A stretch of DNA of 43,941 nucleotides from Nanobdellota archaeon (GCA_038045885.1 JBBSXG010000030.1:1-43941); one strand, 5' to 3'; positions 22,279 through 32,496 are shown, counted from the stretch's first letter. Notes: a model not told the origin generated them from the sequence alone. Made by a program: numbers and translations.

Positions 22279-24285
22279 ATGAAAAAATTATTTTCAATTA
22301 GTATCATAGTATTATTTTTATTTAGTTTAGTTAGTTTTAACGCAAGTGCTGCATCATGGGTAACACAAATACCAAACGCTACACTTGTTCAGAATTCGGG
22401 AACAGTTTTATATGACTCAGATTTATCTGCTCCTGGTACAGGTACAAACGCAGGTGACGCTGATGCTGACCAAGGCGGTACTCTACAAGCATTTAGTATT
22501 GCTAAACAAGGAACAGGAGTAACTTGTTCTTTAAGTGGAACAAATAATGAGATTTTGTCTTTAACACCAAATGCTAGTTTTACAGGTTCAACTTCATGTA
22601 TAGTTCAAGCAGTAGATCAATTTAGTGCAGATTGGAGTGAATTCACTATAACTGTAACTTCTAGTATAAGTACATTAGAGGTAACAGGAGATACTTTATC
22701 AAATAATCTCTTAGTTATTCCAACTCCAAAAGACTATGATGATAATATATTTCTTACATTCAAAAATACAGGAACAAGTACTTTAACATTCCCTGCAAAC
22801 GCAGTTACAACTTTTGGAACATTTGCAGATGAAGATGGAGATCCAATACAAATCACATTTTCAAATGTACCTTCAACATTAGCTCCTAGCGCTACACAAG
22901 TAGTTACTTTAAGTTTCACTGTTGATAAAGATGTCGGCGTTGATAGTTATCCAACAAATGGGGATGGTAAATTAAAAATAGCAACAACACAATTCACAAA
23001 AGAAATCAACTTAAGAGTAGACGTTACTCCAGAAGATGTTTGTGAAGATGGTAGAAGATTTGATGGAGACCGTATACCAAGTTCAAGTGAGGGTTTAAGG
23101 GTAAAAGATTTCAATGCTGACCCAGATAACAATTTCGGCCCTGGAGAAATAATTGAAATAACAAATGTCGAAATTTCAAACGAGGGTAATGTTGATGTAA
23201 GTGATGTTATAGTAGAAGCAATATTATACAATCTAGATCAAGATGAAATAATTGTAAGGGCAGAAAGCGATCCTGAAGACGTTGATGAAGATGATAGTGT
23301 AGACTTTAACGACTTTGAATTAGAAGTACCTGTAGATGATAACAATCTTGATGAAAATGATATATATATTCTATATATCATTGCGAAAGAAGACGGTAAT
23401 GAGGATGAAAACTGTAATTATGATGATTCTACAGATGATATGGAGTTTAAAAGAGAGAATAATGACGTAAGAATAATAAAGGCAACAGTCACTCCAGCTT
23501 CATTGGCATGTAATGCAAACGCAAACTTTGTTATCGATGTAAGAAATGTTGGTGACGACAATGATGATAGAGTTTCAGTTAAACTAAGAGACGCTGAATT
23601 AGAATTAGATTGGGAAAGCGAATTATTCAGTCTAGACCAATTTGACGACAATGATGATTCTGCAACTATAACTTATACATATAGAATTCCAAGCAATACA
23701 GTTTCAGGAAGCTATAATGTTGAAGCAATAGTCGTATTTGACGGTGGAAGAAACACTGATTCAGAATTTGTAACATTACAAGTTCAATGTGGTGGTTCTC
23801 AAACTGGTGAAGGTAATGTAAGAGTTTCATTAGTCCAAAGCACAGTAACAGCTAGTGCAGGTAAATTATTCGGATTACCATTTAAATTAGCTAACTTAGA
23901 AGATTCAGTACAAACCTATACAGTTAGTTTAAACATAAATGGAAATTGGGCAACTGCACCTCAAGATGAACAAGTAACATTACAACCAAGACAAGAAACA
24001 ACATTGTATTTTTATTTAACACCTAATTCAAACTTGAATGCGGGAAGTTATACAGCAGACATTAGCGTTGAACAAAATGGTAATGTTGTAGCAACACAAA
24101 CGGCAACAGTCCAGATAAGTGGGGATGGTGGAAGCGTAACAGGTGGATCAACATTTGAACCAACAGTAAGTTTCGATTCAGTATGGAGAAACCTAGCAGG
24201 CAGTTCAACATTCTGGATTGTATTAGTAATAGTGTTGTTTGTTATAGTTGTTTATGTATTAACTATCTTGTTAAGACCAAGATAA
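22279..24285 (+). CDS. Large acidic cell-surface protein with a signal peptide and a C-terminal TM anchor (S-layer/CARDB-like)
   Basis: Signal peptide ending in ...FNASAA. Thr/Ser/Asp-rich beta-type repeats. D/E-rich block around aa 320-390. C-terminal FWIVLVIVLFVIVVYVLTILL followed by RPR. Confidence 0.7.
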   Translation: MKKLFSISIIVLFLFSLVSFNASAASWVTQIPNATLVQNSGTVLYDSDLSAPGTGTNAGDADADQGGTLQAFSIAKQGTGVTCSLSGTNNEILSLTPNASFTGSTSCIVQAVDQFSADWSEFTITVTSSISTLEVTGDTLSNNLLVIPTPKDYDDNIFLTFKNTGTSTLTFPANAVTTFGTFADEDGDPIQITFSNVPSTLAPSATQVVTLSFTVDKDVGVDSYPTNGDGKLKIATTQFTKEINLRVDVTPEDVCEDGRRFDGDRIPSSSEGLRVKDFNADPDNNFGPGEIIEITNVEISNEGNVDVSDVIVEAILYNLDQDEIIVRAESDPEDVDEDDSVDFNDFELEVPVDDNNLDENDIYILYIIAKEDGNEDENCNYDDSTDDMEFKRENNDVRIIKATVTPASLACNANANFVIDVRNVGDDNDDRVSVKLRDAELELDWESELFSLDQFDDNDDSATITYTYRIPSNTVSGSYNVEAIVVFDGGRNTDSEFVTLQVQCGGSQTGEGNVRVSLVQSTVTASAGKLFGLPFKLANLEDSVQTYTVSLNINGNWATAPQDEQVTLQPRQETTLYFYLTPNSNLNAGSYTADISVEQNGNVVATQTATVQISGDGGSVTGGSTFEPTVSFDSVWRNLAGSSTFWIVLVIVLFVIVVYVLTILLRPR

Positions 24286-24331
24286 GTTAACCTTTTTTTA
24301 AATTAAAATAACACAATTTTATCATTACATA

Positions 24332-24595
24332 TTGGCTGCATCTGGAAAAGGAATAGTTGCTGATAAAAAGTTTCTTGAATACCAGAGATATTTAAGAGAA
24401 GAAGCAAAATTCTTAAACATTAATAAAATAGAGTCAACACCATCTCATTTAAATGAAGAGGGCATAGGAGAAATTCTATATAGGGCAACAGTGCCAAATC
24501 ATGAAATTTCGAGTAGAGAAATAAAAACACTCAAAGAAATATCTAATACTATGGGATTTTTTCTAAAAGTTTTCAAGCTAGAAGAAATAGTTTAA
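24332..24595 (+). CDS. Hypothetical protein (87 aa) with a doubtful TTG start
   Basis: ORF only, with no in-frame ATG near the 5' end. Confidence 0.25.
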   Translation: MAASGKGIVADKKFLEYQRYLREEAKFLNINKIESTPSHLNEEGIGEILYRATVPNHEISSREIKTLKEISNTMGFFLKVFKLEEIV

Positions 24596-24624
24596 TTTAA
24601 ATATAATAATAAATTCTTAAAATT

Positions 24625-25380
24625 GTGAAAAAATTTAACAGGGAAAAGTTAAAGGAAAAAATTAAGGATCACAAATTATACAAGAAGACAATAGAGAACA
24701 AGTATTCGCTAACATTTCTTTTAATCTTAGTAGGATTAATAACTTATAGTTATTTTACACAAGGTTTTGTATATAACGTCGCAAACCAAGATTTGCAAGA
24801 AACTCAAGAATTTATGAGTTCTTTTGGGAGTTTAGCCTGGTTAATTTATTTTGTGGCGATATTGATAGAGGTAATAATTCCTCCCATTCCATCTTTAGTT
24901 ATAACAGTGGCTGGAAGCATTACATTTGGGCCTTTAAAGGGGGCTCTATTGGCTATTGGCGCAACAGCTGTAGGAAACATAATTATTTATTATATCTCAA
25001 AGAATTACGGTTATAGTTACATTGAAAAGTTAATAAGCAAGGAAAAACATGAGTTATTTCACAGATATTCTGAAAAATATGGACCATTTGTTTTATTCAT
25101 ACTAAGACTAAATCCTATAACTTCTAATGATTTATTCAGTTATTTAGCAGGTTTAATCGGAATGCCATTCTGGAAGTTCTTTATTAGTACAATGCTGGGA
25201 TTAATTCCAATGATATTCCTATTATCATATTTCGGAGAAGCTTTTGTTAATAACGTTTCTGTATTTAGGATCTTATTCATTATAATAACAACTGCTTACA
25301 TTGGAATGTTTGTCTATTTTGCATTTATAATTGGAAAAAACAAGGTCAAAGAAAAAATAAATAATTTTAGAAACAAATGA
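24625..25380 (+). CDS. TVP38/TMEM64 (DedA/SNARE-associated) family membrane protein with a GTG start
   Basis: VITVAGSITFGPLKGALLAIGATAVGNIIIYYISKNYG is the family core. The first TM segment lies upstream of any in-frame ATG. A TATA-like ATTTAAATATA lies about 26 nt upstream of the GTG. Confidence 0.7.
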   Translation: MKKFNREKLKEKIKDHKLYKKTIENKYSLTFLLILVGLITYSYFTQGFVYNVANQDLQETQEFMSSFGSLAWLIYFVAILIEVIIPPIPSLVITVAGSITFGPLKGALLAIGATAVGNIIIYYISKNYGYSYIEKLISKEKHELFHRYSEKYGPFVLFILRLNPITSNDLFSYLAGLIGMPFWKFFISTMLGLIPMIFLLSYFGEAFVNNVSVFRILFIIITTAYIGMFVYFAFIIGKNKVKEKINNFRNK

Positions 25381-26217
25381 TTACTTTAGTTTTAATGATC
25401 TCCAGTAAATATATCCTAAAATTACTGTTAAAATTGTTGCAAATATCAATGCAAAAACTAATCCGAGAGTATGTTGTTTAAAATAAGCGTCGGATAATGC
25501 TGGAATTCCAAAGATAGCTCCGATTGTACCGGGAACACTTACAACTATTCCTATAATGCTCAAGAAAGTCATTATTACAGTTAATCTCTTCATTGTAACG
25601 TTTAATTCACGATTAGATAGCATTTCAGATTTAGTTCTTAATGAAGCTACCCTGTAAATATGACTCCTGCATCTTTCTAGCCAATATCTTGCTTCTGCAT
25701 TTAACATGTCATAGTCAAATGTTATTAAGGAAGTATCAAACTCCTTGACCTCAGTTTCCTTTAGTGTTATTATTAAATTTACTAGTTCTTCAATCCTGTC
25801 TGTTAGATGCCTTAATGATCTTCCAGATTCCTCAATTTTATCAAGGAAAGGATTTAAGTCAAGAGCATTCATCTGTGATCTTATCTTCAAGAATTCCTGA
25901 GAATAATTTTTCAGTATAACTTTGAACAACAATAATATCATTACTGTGCTTTCACCAAATTTCTTGCTTAAGATTTTTTTAAAGCGTTTTTGAAAATTGT
26001 TGAAATTCTTTATAGTATAGATATAACAGTTGTTTTTATGTATTAATAATATATTTTCAGATTCAACATCGTAATCAGGAATGCTGATTAACGTGTATTT
26101 GTCATGCCTCTCAAAAAAAGCAAAATCAAGATTAAAAACAGCGTCGATATTTAACTCTAGATTTAGTTGGGATATTTGTTTTTTGAAAGTTTCTAAATCA
26201 TTAAAGAATTTTATCAT
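25381..26217 (-). CDS. CorA-superfamily membrane protein with GIP in place of the GMN motif
   Basis: The C-terminal N..MKRLTVIMTFLSI....VPGTIGAIFGIPA plus a second TM segment mirrors CorA (N..MK.LT......P...I.G.YGMNF). Confidence 0.6.
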   Translation of the reverse strand: MIKFFNDLETFKKQISQLNLELNIDAVFNLDFAFFERHDKYTLISIPDYDVESENILLIHKNNCYIYTIKNFNNFQKRFKKILSKKFGESTVMILLLFKVILKNYSQEFLKIRSQMNALDLNPFLDKIEESGRSLRHLTDRIEELVNLIITLKETEVKEFDTSLITFDYDMLNAEARYWLERCRSHIYRVASLRTKSEMLSNRELNVTMKRLTVIMTFLSIIGIVVSVPGTIGAIFGIPALSDAYFKQHTLGLVFALIFATILTVILGYIYWRSLKLK

Positions 26218-26261
26218 TCAAATTTTAAAGGGAATTTGTATATAAACTTTATTAAAAATAA

Positions 26262-26334
26262 AGCGTACGCCAGGACTCGAACCTGGGAATGGCTGCTCTG
26301 CAGGCAGCTTCGTTAGCCGCTTCGACACGTACGC
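26262..26334 (-). tRNA. tRNA-Cys (anticodon GCA)
   Basis: Hand-folded: acceptor GCGTACG/CGTACGC, anticodon stem GCTGC/GCAGC, loop CTGCAGA, T arm CCAGG-TTCGAGT-CCTGG, discriminator U. Confidence 0.9.
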
Positions 26335-26337
26335 AAA

Positions 26338-26424
26338 CGAGCCTGATGGGATTTGAACCCACGACCTCTTGCTTTCTCCAAATTTTAGAAGGCAAGCGTT
26401 CTATCCAGGCTGAACTACAGGCTC
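26338..26424 (-). tRNA. tRNA-Arg (anticodon TCT) with a 12-nt intron (26374-26385)
   Basis: Acceptor GAGCCTG/CAGGCTC, D arm GTTC-AGCCTGGATA-GAAC, anticodon stem CTTGC/GCAAG, loop CTTCTA[aaatttggagaa]A, T arm GTGGG-TTCAAAT-CCCAT. Intron AGAA can pair with loop TTCT (BHB-like). Confidence 0.88.
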
Positions 26425-26448
26425 ATTATTATTTTCCTTCCATGAAGA

Positions 26449-26458
26449 TATTTAAATC
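26449..26458 (-). promoter_or_regulatory. TATA-like element (ATATTTAAAT) upstream of the tRNA-Arg/tRNA-Cys pair
   Basis: Centred about 29 nt upstream of the tRNA-Arg 5' end. Confidence 0.35.
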
Positions 26459-26496
26459 TTTTCAAAAGCTTTTTATAACAAGATTTTATTATAATT

Positions 26497-27150
26497 TTGA
26501 TGAAAACAATAGTAATAAAAAATAATGACAATGAAAGAGCAGCTATAAGACAGACTACAGAAATATTGGAAGAAAACCTAAAAAAAGGAGATGTTATCCT
26601 AATAAAACCAAGATTAAGGAATATCAGATTAAAAATAAGAAATTTTCCTTCATTTATCATAGGAGCATTCACAAGAGGGATCACACATTCTTGTTTGTAT
26701 CTAGGAAAAGGAAAAGTTTTAGAGATAGGAACTAAATTTTATGACAAAGGAATAAAAAAAATATCATTAGAAAAATTATTAAGAATTAAATACGCAAGTT
26801 TTAGAGGATTAACGATTTATATTGTCCAGCCAAAATATTATAAAACAAAACATAGAAATTTAGTTTTTAAGATAGCAATAAACAATTTTCTAAAAAAAAG
26901 TAAGGAATTAACATTTTCCTACATTAAGATATTCAAGGAAGTAATTAAAGCTGCTTTTCATAATAGCAAAATTAGCAGAAGAAAAGAAAAACTTACTTTT
27001 AAAAAAGTATGGAATTGCTCAGATTTAGTAGCATATGTTCTAAAGAAATCAGGAGCCAAGATTGGAAAAAGGAGAACAAAATTTTTTGCACCAAGCACAT
27101 TCTTATTTAGCAAGCATTTTAAGACAAAGAAAAAAGTTGTTTTGAAATAA
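26497..27150 (+). CDS. Permuted papain-like (NlpC/P60 superfamily, YiiX/YaeF-like) hydrolase, very basic
   Basis: His precedes Cys: ITHSCLYLGKGKVLEIG ... then WNCSDLVAYVLKKSGAKIG. This order is typical of the permuted family. Confidence 0.4.
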   Translation: MMKTIVIKNNDNERAAIRQTTEILEENLKKGDVILIKPRLRNIRLKIRNFPSFIIGAFTRGITHSCLYLGKGKVLEIGTKFYDKGIKKISLEKLLRIKYASFRGLTIYIVQPKYYKTKHRNLVFKIAINNFLKKSKELTFSYIKIFKEVIKAAFHNSKISRRKEKLTFKKVWNCSDLVAYVLKKSGAKIGKRRTKFFAPSTFLFSKHFKTKKKVVLK

Positions 27151-27179
27151 TAAACTTTAAATAATCCATCTTAAGATTA

Positions 27180-29642
27180 ATGTTTATGTATAACTTCAAA
27201 GACATAGAAGAAAAATGGCAAGATAAATGGAGTAAAAATAAAACATTCTCTGTAAAAAGATCAGGCAAAAAAAAGTTCTTTAATCTAGAAATGTTCCCGT
27301 ATCCCTCAGGAACACTTCACATGGGCCATACAAGGAATTATTCCATTGGAGATGCTTATTCAAGATTTAAAAGGATGCAAGGATTTAATGTTCTATATCC
27401 AATGGGTTACGACGCTTTTGGGTTACCTGCAGAAAATGCTGCTATTAAAAATAAAGTTAATCCAAAAGACTGGACTTTTGACAATATTAAATTAATGAAA
27501 GAACAGCAATCAAGATTAGGATTAAGTTATGATTGGGAAAGGGAGATAGCAACATGTCTTCCAGAGTATTATAAATGGAACCAGTGGATATTCTTGCAAT
27601 TTTATAAAAAAAATCTTGCTTATAGAAAAGAATCTTTAGTTAATTATTGTAATTCATGTAAAACTGTTTTGGCAAATGAACAAGTTATTGATGGAAGATG
27701 CTGGAGATGCCATAATCAAGTTGAATTAAAAAGTTTAGAGCAATGGTTTTTCAAGATAACAAATTACGCAGAAGAATTACTAAGAGATTTAGAAAAACTA
27801 GAATGGCCTGAAAGAGTAAAAACAATGCAGAAAAACTGGATTGGAAAATCTGAAGGAACATTAGTTAAATTTTCCTTAGAAGATTCAAAAGAATTTTTAG
27901 AAGTATTTACAACAAGAGCAGATACATTACATGGAGTTACATTTTTAGTAATGGCTCCAGAGTACAATAAAGTTTTAGACTTAGTAAAAAATACAAAGTA
28001 TGAAGAAAAGATAAAAAAATTCGTTAGAAAAGTTGTAATTGAGGATAAATTTTCAAGAACTAATGAAGATAAGGAAAAAGAAGGGGTATTTACAGGAAAA
28101 TATGCTATTCATCCTTTAACAAATGAAAAAATTCCAGTTTATATTGCAAATTTTGTTTTATTAGATTACGGAACTGGAGTAATAATGGGGGTTCCTGCAC
28201 ATGATAAAAGAGATTTTGATTTCGCAAAAAAATACAAATTACCTATAAAGGTTGTAATAAATCCAAAAGATAAAAAATTAAGCAAACTAAAAGAAGCCTA
28301 TGTTGAAGATGGGATTTTGGTTAATTCTGGTAAATTTAATAATTTAGATAATAAAAAAGCAATTGAAGAAATAACAAAACATTTGTCTAGTTTAAAATTA
28401 GGAAAGAAAACAACACAATACAAATTACGTGATTGGTTAATTTCAAGACAAAGATACTGGGGGACACCAATTCCTATAGTATATTGTCAATATTGTGGAA
28501 TGCAACCAGTTGATGAAAAAGATCTTCCAATTAAATTACCAGTAGACGTTCAATTTACCGGAGAAGGAAATCCATTATCAAAAAGCAAGTCTTTCTTGAA
28601 TGTAAGATGTCCTAAATGTGGCAAGATGGGAAAGAGGGAAACAGATACAATGGATACATTTGTTGATTCTTCATGGTATTTCTTAAGATATTGTGATCCT
28701 GATAATGATAAAAAGATATTTGATAAAGAAAAGATAAATTATTTCATGCCAGTTAATCAATATATTGGGGGGATAGAACATGCTATTTTACATTTATTAT
28801 ATTCAAGATTTTTCACAAAAGCATTAAGGGATTTAAAATTATTAAATATTGACGAGCCATTTAATAAATTATTAACCCAAGGAATGGTGTTAAAAAATGG
28901 CGATGTAATGAGCAAGAGCAAAGGCAATGTTGTTGATCCTTTAGAAATAATTGATAAATATGGTGCTGATACATTAAGAACTTATATCCTATTCATAGCT
29001 AGTCCAGAAAAAGAATTTGAATGGAGTGATACAAGCATAGAAGGAATTTACAAATTTTTAAATAAAATTTATTTTATAACAGAAAATTTAAGCAAGAAGA
29101 ATGATTTAATTGTTGAGAGTAAACTAAATATGCTAATTAAAAAAGTAACACAGGATATTGAAGACTTTAAATTTAATAATGCTATAATTTCTTTAATTGA
29201 ATTTACAGATTATTTAAAAAGACACGATTACGATAAAAAAACTTTAGAGAAATTAATTTTGTTAATAGCTCCTTTTGCACCTCATTTAGCAGAAGAAGTT
29301 TATTCCAATCTAGGAAATAAAAACTTTATTTCATTAGCTGAATGGCCAAAATCGGATGAGAAAAAGATAAATAATGAATTAGAAAAACAAGAAGAAAGCA
29401 TAGAGAAAACAGTTGATGATGTTAATAACATTAAAAAATTAAGCAACATTAATAATCCTAAGATATATTTATATGTTATTCCGAAAGAACTAGAATTATT
29501 CAAAAACAATTCAGAGTTGTTAAAGAATTCTTGCAATGCAAAAGACGTTAAGGTATTTGCAGTGAATGATAAAAATAAATATGATCCAAAGGGAAAAGCT
29601 TCAAAGGCAAAACCAAGCAGACCATCTATTTATTTAGAATAA
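27180..29642 (+). CDS. leuS: Leucyl-tRNA synthetase, bacterial type
   Basis: [47 protein letters not shown] and VMSKSKGN. It is collinear with E. coli LeuS as I remember it. The TATA spacing favours the ATG at 27186. Confidence 0.95.
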   Translation: MFMYNFKDIEEKWQDKWSKNKTFSVKRSGKKKFFNLEMFPYPSGTLHMGHTRNYSIGDAYSRFKRMQGFNVLYPMGYDAFGLPAENAAIKNKVNPKDWTFDNIKLMKEQQSRLGLSYDWEREIATCLPEYYKWNQWIFLQFYKKNLAYRKESLVNYCNSCKTVLANEQVIDGRCWRCHNQVELKSLEQWFFKITNYAEELLRDLEKLEWPERVKTMQKNWIGKSEGTLVKFSLEDSKEFLEVFTTRADTLHGVTFLVMAPEYNKVLDLVKNTKYEEKIKKFVRKVVIEDKFSRTNEDKEKEGVFTGKYAIHPLTNEKIPVYIANFVLLDYGTGVIMGVPAHDKRDFDFAKKYKLPIKVVINPKDKKLSKLKEAYVEDGILVNSGKFNNLDNKKAIEEITKHLSSLKLGKKTTQYKLRDWLISRQRYWGTPIPIVYCQYCGMQPVDEKDLPIKLPVDVQFTGEGNPLSKSKSFLNVRCPKCGKMGKRETDTMDTFVDSSWYFLRYCDPDNDKKIFDKEKINYFMPVNQYIGGIEHAILHLLYSRFFTKALRDLKLLNIDEPFNKLLTQGMVLKNGDVMSKSKGNVVDPLEIIDKYGADTLRTYILFIASPEKEFEWSDTSIEGIYKFLNKIYFITENLSKKNDLIVESKLNMLIKKVTQDIEDFKFNNAIISLIEFTDYLKRHDYDKKTLEKLILLIAPFAPHLAEEVYSNLGNKNFISLAEWPKSDEKKINNELEKQEESIEKTVDDVNNIKKLSNINNPKIYLYVIPKELELFKNNSELLKNSCNAKDVKVFAVNDKNKYDPKGKASKAKPSRPSIYLE

Positions 29643-29700
29643 CTTTAACCAGAGTTGAAGTTAAAATAACCTTTATAAATTAAAAAATTCTTATTTTATC

Positions 29701-30273
29701 ATGACTAATGAAGAAAAATACATTCTAGTAAGCTTGGAAGAAGATAAAGCAAAAGATTTAGCTAATGTATTAAGTAATGCTACTTCTAGAAGAATTTTAG
29801 AATATTTAAGCACAAAAGATGAGGCAAGTGAAACTGAAGTTGCAAAAGAATTAAAATCGCCTTTATCCACAGTTCATTATAACTTACAACTATTAAGAAA
29901 AAATGGTTTAGTTGAAACAAAAAAGTTTAGTTATAGTGAGAAAGGAAAAAGAATAGAATTTTATCGCGTAGTAAAGAAATTTATTGTTATAGCTCCAAAA
30001 TATACAAGAAGAAATTTAATTAATTCTGTATTACCTTTGTTTTTAATTTCAGCAGGAATAGCTTTTATTATACAATGGTTAAGTAATCTAACTACAAGAG
30101 TAAGTACAAGTAATACTTTAATGGCTCAAGATTCGTTTCAAAAAGCTACTGCAGAATCAGCTCCAATGTTAGTTCAGGCAACAACTACAAATTATTATGG
30201 ATATTGGTTCTTAGCAGGAGCATGGATGATACTATTAATTTATATACTAATGACTCTTATTAAAAAAAGATGA
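29701..30273 (+). CDS. Membrane-anchored ArsR-type winged-HTH regulator
   Basis: LANVLSNATSRRILEYLS...SETEVAKELKSPLSTVHYNLQLLRKNGLVE, followed by two C-terminal TM segments. Confidence 0.6.
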   Translation: MTNEEKYILVSLEEDKAKDLANVLSNATSRRILEYLSTKDEASETEVAKELKSPLSTVHYNLQLLRKNGLVETKKFSYSEKGKRIEFYRVVKKFIVIAPKYTRRNLINSVLPLFLISAGIAFIIQWLSNLTTRVSTSNTLMAQDSFQKATAESAPMLVQATTTNYYGYWFLAGAWMILLIYILMTLIKKR

Positions 30274-30527
30274 ATTTCAAAGAATTTTTTAAATTAACTT
30301 TAACGAAAATATTAGTTACCTTAGCGATATTTTTATTAATTTTATTTGCTCCAATTGTTAAACTAGCAATATACTGTGTTGGGCCAGACTGTGGTAGAAT
30401 TTCTTACCAATCGTTGTTTATTACCTTAAGATCCACAATTCCAGATTCAACATTAACAATTATATCTTTATTAATTTCGTATTTAATATCATGCTTAATA
30501 CTTAGTTTAATTAAAAAAAGAGCTTAA
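30270..30527 (+). CDS. Small membrane protein (85 aa) with a 4-nt overlap to the upstream regulator gene
   Basis: Two hydrophobic helices and ATGA coupling. Confidence 0.4.
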   Translation: MNFKEFFKLTLTKILVTLAIFLLILFAPIVKLAIYCVGPDCGRISYQSLFITLRSTIPDSTLTIISLLISYLISCLILSLIKKRA

Positions 30528-31727
30528 TTTTTTCTGTGTCAAACTTCTTAATAATTTACTTTCTTTTAGAATATTATCCAAATCATAATTAAAAATCAAT
30601 TTTATTAATTCCTTAGTCTTGTTAATTAGTTCTTCTTTCGTATTAAAAGTCAGATAATTATTATTCATTGTCTTTCTTGCTGCATTTCTTACAACAAAAA
30701 CACCAAGAGGCATATTATATTCAGGAGTTTCAAATCTAATAACTAAACATGAAGCTTGTTTTTTTATTTTATCCAAATGTTCTAAAACTCCTAATCTAGA
30801 AGAATAATAACCCCCTACAGTATTATGAGCATAAGTCTTTCTTCCAAATAAAGTTTCAGAATCTGTTGCGAATTTAATATCCTTAGAATAGTTCCAAGCT
30901 GATCCGGGCAAGTATCCCTCAAATAATTCATACTGCCATATCTCGGGAAACATCAAAATATAATAATAATTCCCTAAGTAACTTCCTGTATACAACCTAT
31001 ACTCATTAATCATTTGATAATCCTGCAAATTATTTATTAAATTCTTTCCTAAAGTATCATCTGTTGCAGTTATACTCCATTTTGTTGGAACTAATTTTCT
31101 ATTTTTCTTTAATCCTAGAACTCCAATGCTTAATAATTTAGTCAATGTATTTTCATCAAATCCAGCTTCGTACAAATAATTCAATGCTTCATTAGCTTTT
31201 AAGTCTGTATCAGAAACAACTTTTTCAACTTTATTCTCAACTTTAATATTATCTACTATCTTAACATTTTTCAAGTTTCCCTTAGGACCAGAAGGTGTTG
31301 TGACATTATCAAAATCCATCTTAATGTAAGGAGCTCTAGTTAATTTAACTTCAATATCAACTGGTTTAGAAGCAATTCCAATTTCCTTTGCAGCATCTAA
31401 GAATTTTTCTTGTTTCCTAACATCCTTAATATTAACTTGAAATCTTGAGTTTATTAGATTAGCTCGCAATAATGCTATTTGCCTTATAGAGTAATTTTCC
31501 TTGCTCCAGTAATTAGGAGAATCATACACCCAAGCTTCTTCTGTCTCAGATGGAGGACTTAATATCCCAACATTAGCCTCGGGGTATAGCTTACTTCCAA
31601 CAAAGACAGAAGGTGGAGAAGTTCCAAAAAAATCCTCTTTTTTAAATTCCTTGATTATCTGAAACATTGCCCCGGATTGTGCAATTAATTTAGAAAAATC
31701 TCTTTTTTGGATGAATTCCATTATCAT
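30507..31727 (-). CDS. nreA: NreA-like archaeal DNA repair protein (DUF650/DUF651)
   Basis: FFGTSPPSVFVGSKLYPEANVGILSPP is the DUF650 hallmark as I recall it. The length is about 400 aa. The TATA spacing favours the third codon (ATG at 31721). Confidence 0.5.
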   Translation of the reverse strand: MIMEFIQKRDFSKLIAQSGAMFQIIKEFKKEDFFGTSPPSVFVGSKLYPEANVGILSPPSETEEAWVYDSPNYWSKENYSIRQIALLRANLINSRFQVNIKDVRKQEKFLDAAKEIGIASKPVDIEVKLTRAPYIKMDFDNVTTPSGPKGNLKNVKIVDNIKVENKVEKVVSDTDLKANEALNYLYEAGFDENTLTKLLSIGVLGLKKNRKLVPTKWSITATDDTLGKNLINNLQDYQMINEYRLYTGSYLGNYYYILMFPEIWQYELFEGYLPGSAWNYSKDIKFATDSETLFGRKTYAHNTVGGYYSSRLGVLEHLDKIKKQASCLVIRFETPEYNMPLGVFVVRNAARKTMNNNYLTFNTKEELINKTKELIKLIFNYDLDNILKESKLLRSLTQKKLSSFFN

Positions 31728-31753
31728 ACTAAGATATTAAAATATATAAAGAT

Positions 31754-31769
31754 TTAGTTAATTTTTAAC
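31754..31769. repeat. Direct repeat, left copy (TTAGTTAATTTTTAAC), preceded by TATATAAA at 31743-31750
   Basis: Matches 32497-32514 (TTAGTTAATTTTTTAAAC). The TATATAAA octamer recurs at 32474-32481. Confidence 0.5.
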
Positions 31770-31897
31770 TGCTTATTCTCATAATCCTTTATTAAAAAAC
31801 TTATAGCTTCATTTTTATTCTTCAGATTATATTTTAATTTAACAAAGTTTATAATATTATTTTCGTGTTTGGTTATCTTCATCAATGATTTACTCAT
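31754..31897 (-). CDS. 47-aa DUF2683-like small protein (antitoxin/RHH-like; not in the ORF track)
   Basis: Hand translation: MSKSLMKITKHENNIINFVKLKYNLKNKNEAISFLIKDYENKQLKIN. The core I.N.VK.KY.LK.K.EAI.F.I..Y is typical of DUF2683. It starts 1 nt after the upstream stop codon. Confidence 0.4.
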   Translation of the reverse strand: MSKSLMKITKHENNIINFVKLKYNLKNKNEAISFLIKDYENKQLKIN

Positions 31898-31898
31898 T

Positions 31899-32237
31899 TT
31901 AATCTTCCAATTTAATTAAAATATGCTTTTTATCAGGCACAGAAACATAAACTTCTTTTCCAGGTTTTAGATTAACACTTCTTGCAACATCTTGATTAAA
32001 GTACATCCCAATTCTCCCTTGGGATAATTTAATGACTCTTTGTTTTATTCTTAATGGAGATTGTTCTTTTAATTTAATTTCATTAATTGCTTTGTTAATA
32101 GAGAAGTCCTCAAAATCAAAATAGCCACATTTACCACATTGATAACTTGTAACCAAACTATCTGCATTTTGTATTTTAACTTTAATTTCTTTCATAAGGT
32201 TACTACAATTTGGGCATTTTAGTATTTTTTCTTTCAT
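31899..32237 (-). CDS. Zinc-ribbon (YgiT/MqsA-like) plus AbrB/SpoVT-like DNA-binding protein (antitoxin-like)
   Basis: CPNC...CGKCG, followed by a C-terminal swapped-hairpin-like segment VIKLSQGRIGMYFNQDVARSVNLKPGKEVYVSV. Confidence 0.5.
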   Translation of the reverse strand: MKEKILKCPNCSNLMKEIKVKIQNADSLVTSYQCGKCGYFDFEDFSINKAINEIKLKEQSPLRIKQRVIKLSQGRIGMYFNQDVARSVNLKPGKEVYVSVPDKKHILIKLED

Positions 32238-32440
32238 TTTCTTTTAACATTTATGACATATAATATTTTATCTTTTAATTCACACAGCATATAAATTTTA
32301 TCATCCTCAATCTCAACTTTATCTCCCTTTTTTCTTTTATTTTTTATTTTATAAATCAGCCTAACCACATCACTCCAAGCCAAAGTTCCTTTATGATGAA
32401 GATTAAAATGTTCATGTTGTCTTACTTCTTTCCAATACAT
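32234..32440 (-). CDS. Small toxin-like protein (DUF4258/BrnT-like), 68 aa
   Basis: H..HHKGTLAWSDVVRLI ... KILYVINVKRK. A 4-nt overlap links it to the downstream Zn-ribbon/AbrB gene. Confidence 0.35.
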   Translation of the reverse strand: MYWKEVRQHEHFNLHHKGTLAWSDVVRLIYKIKNKRKKGDKVEIEDDKIYMLCELKDKILYVINVKRK

Positions 32441-32496
32441 ATTTAAACACTACAAATTTATAGTATTTAAGACTATATAAATCTTCCCATTCTAAC

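Noticed and set aside
26289-26525. 78-aa + strand ORF (also the 89-aa - strand ORF at 26415-26684)
   Set aside because: It lies directly over the tRNA-Cys and tRNA-Arg genes and their promoter. Its Ala/Ser/Thr-rich translation is the GC-rich tRNA sequence read as protein.
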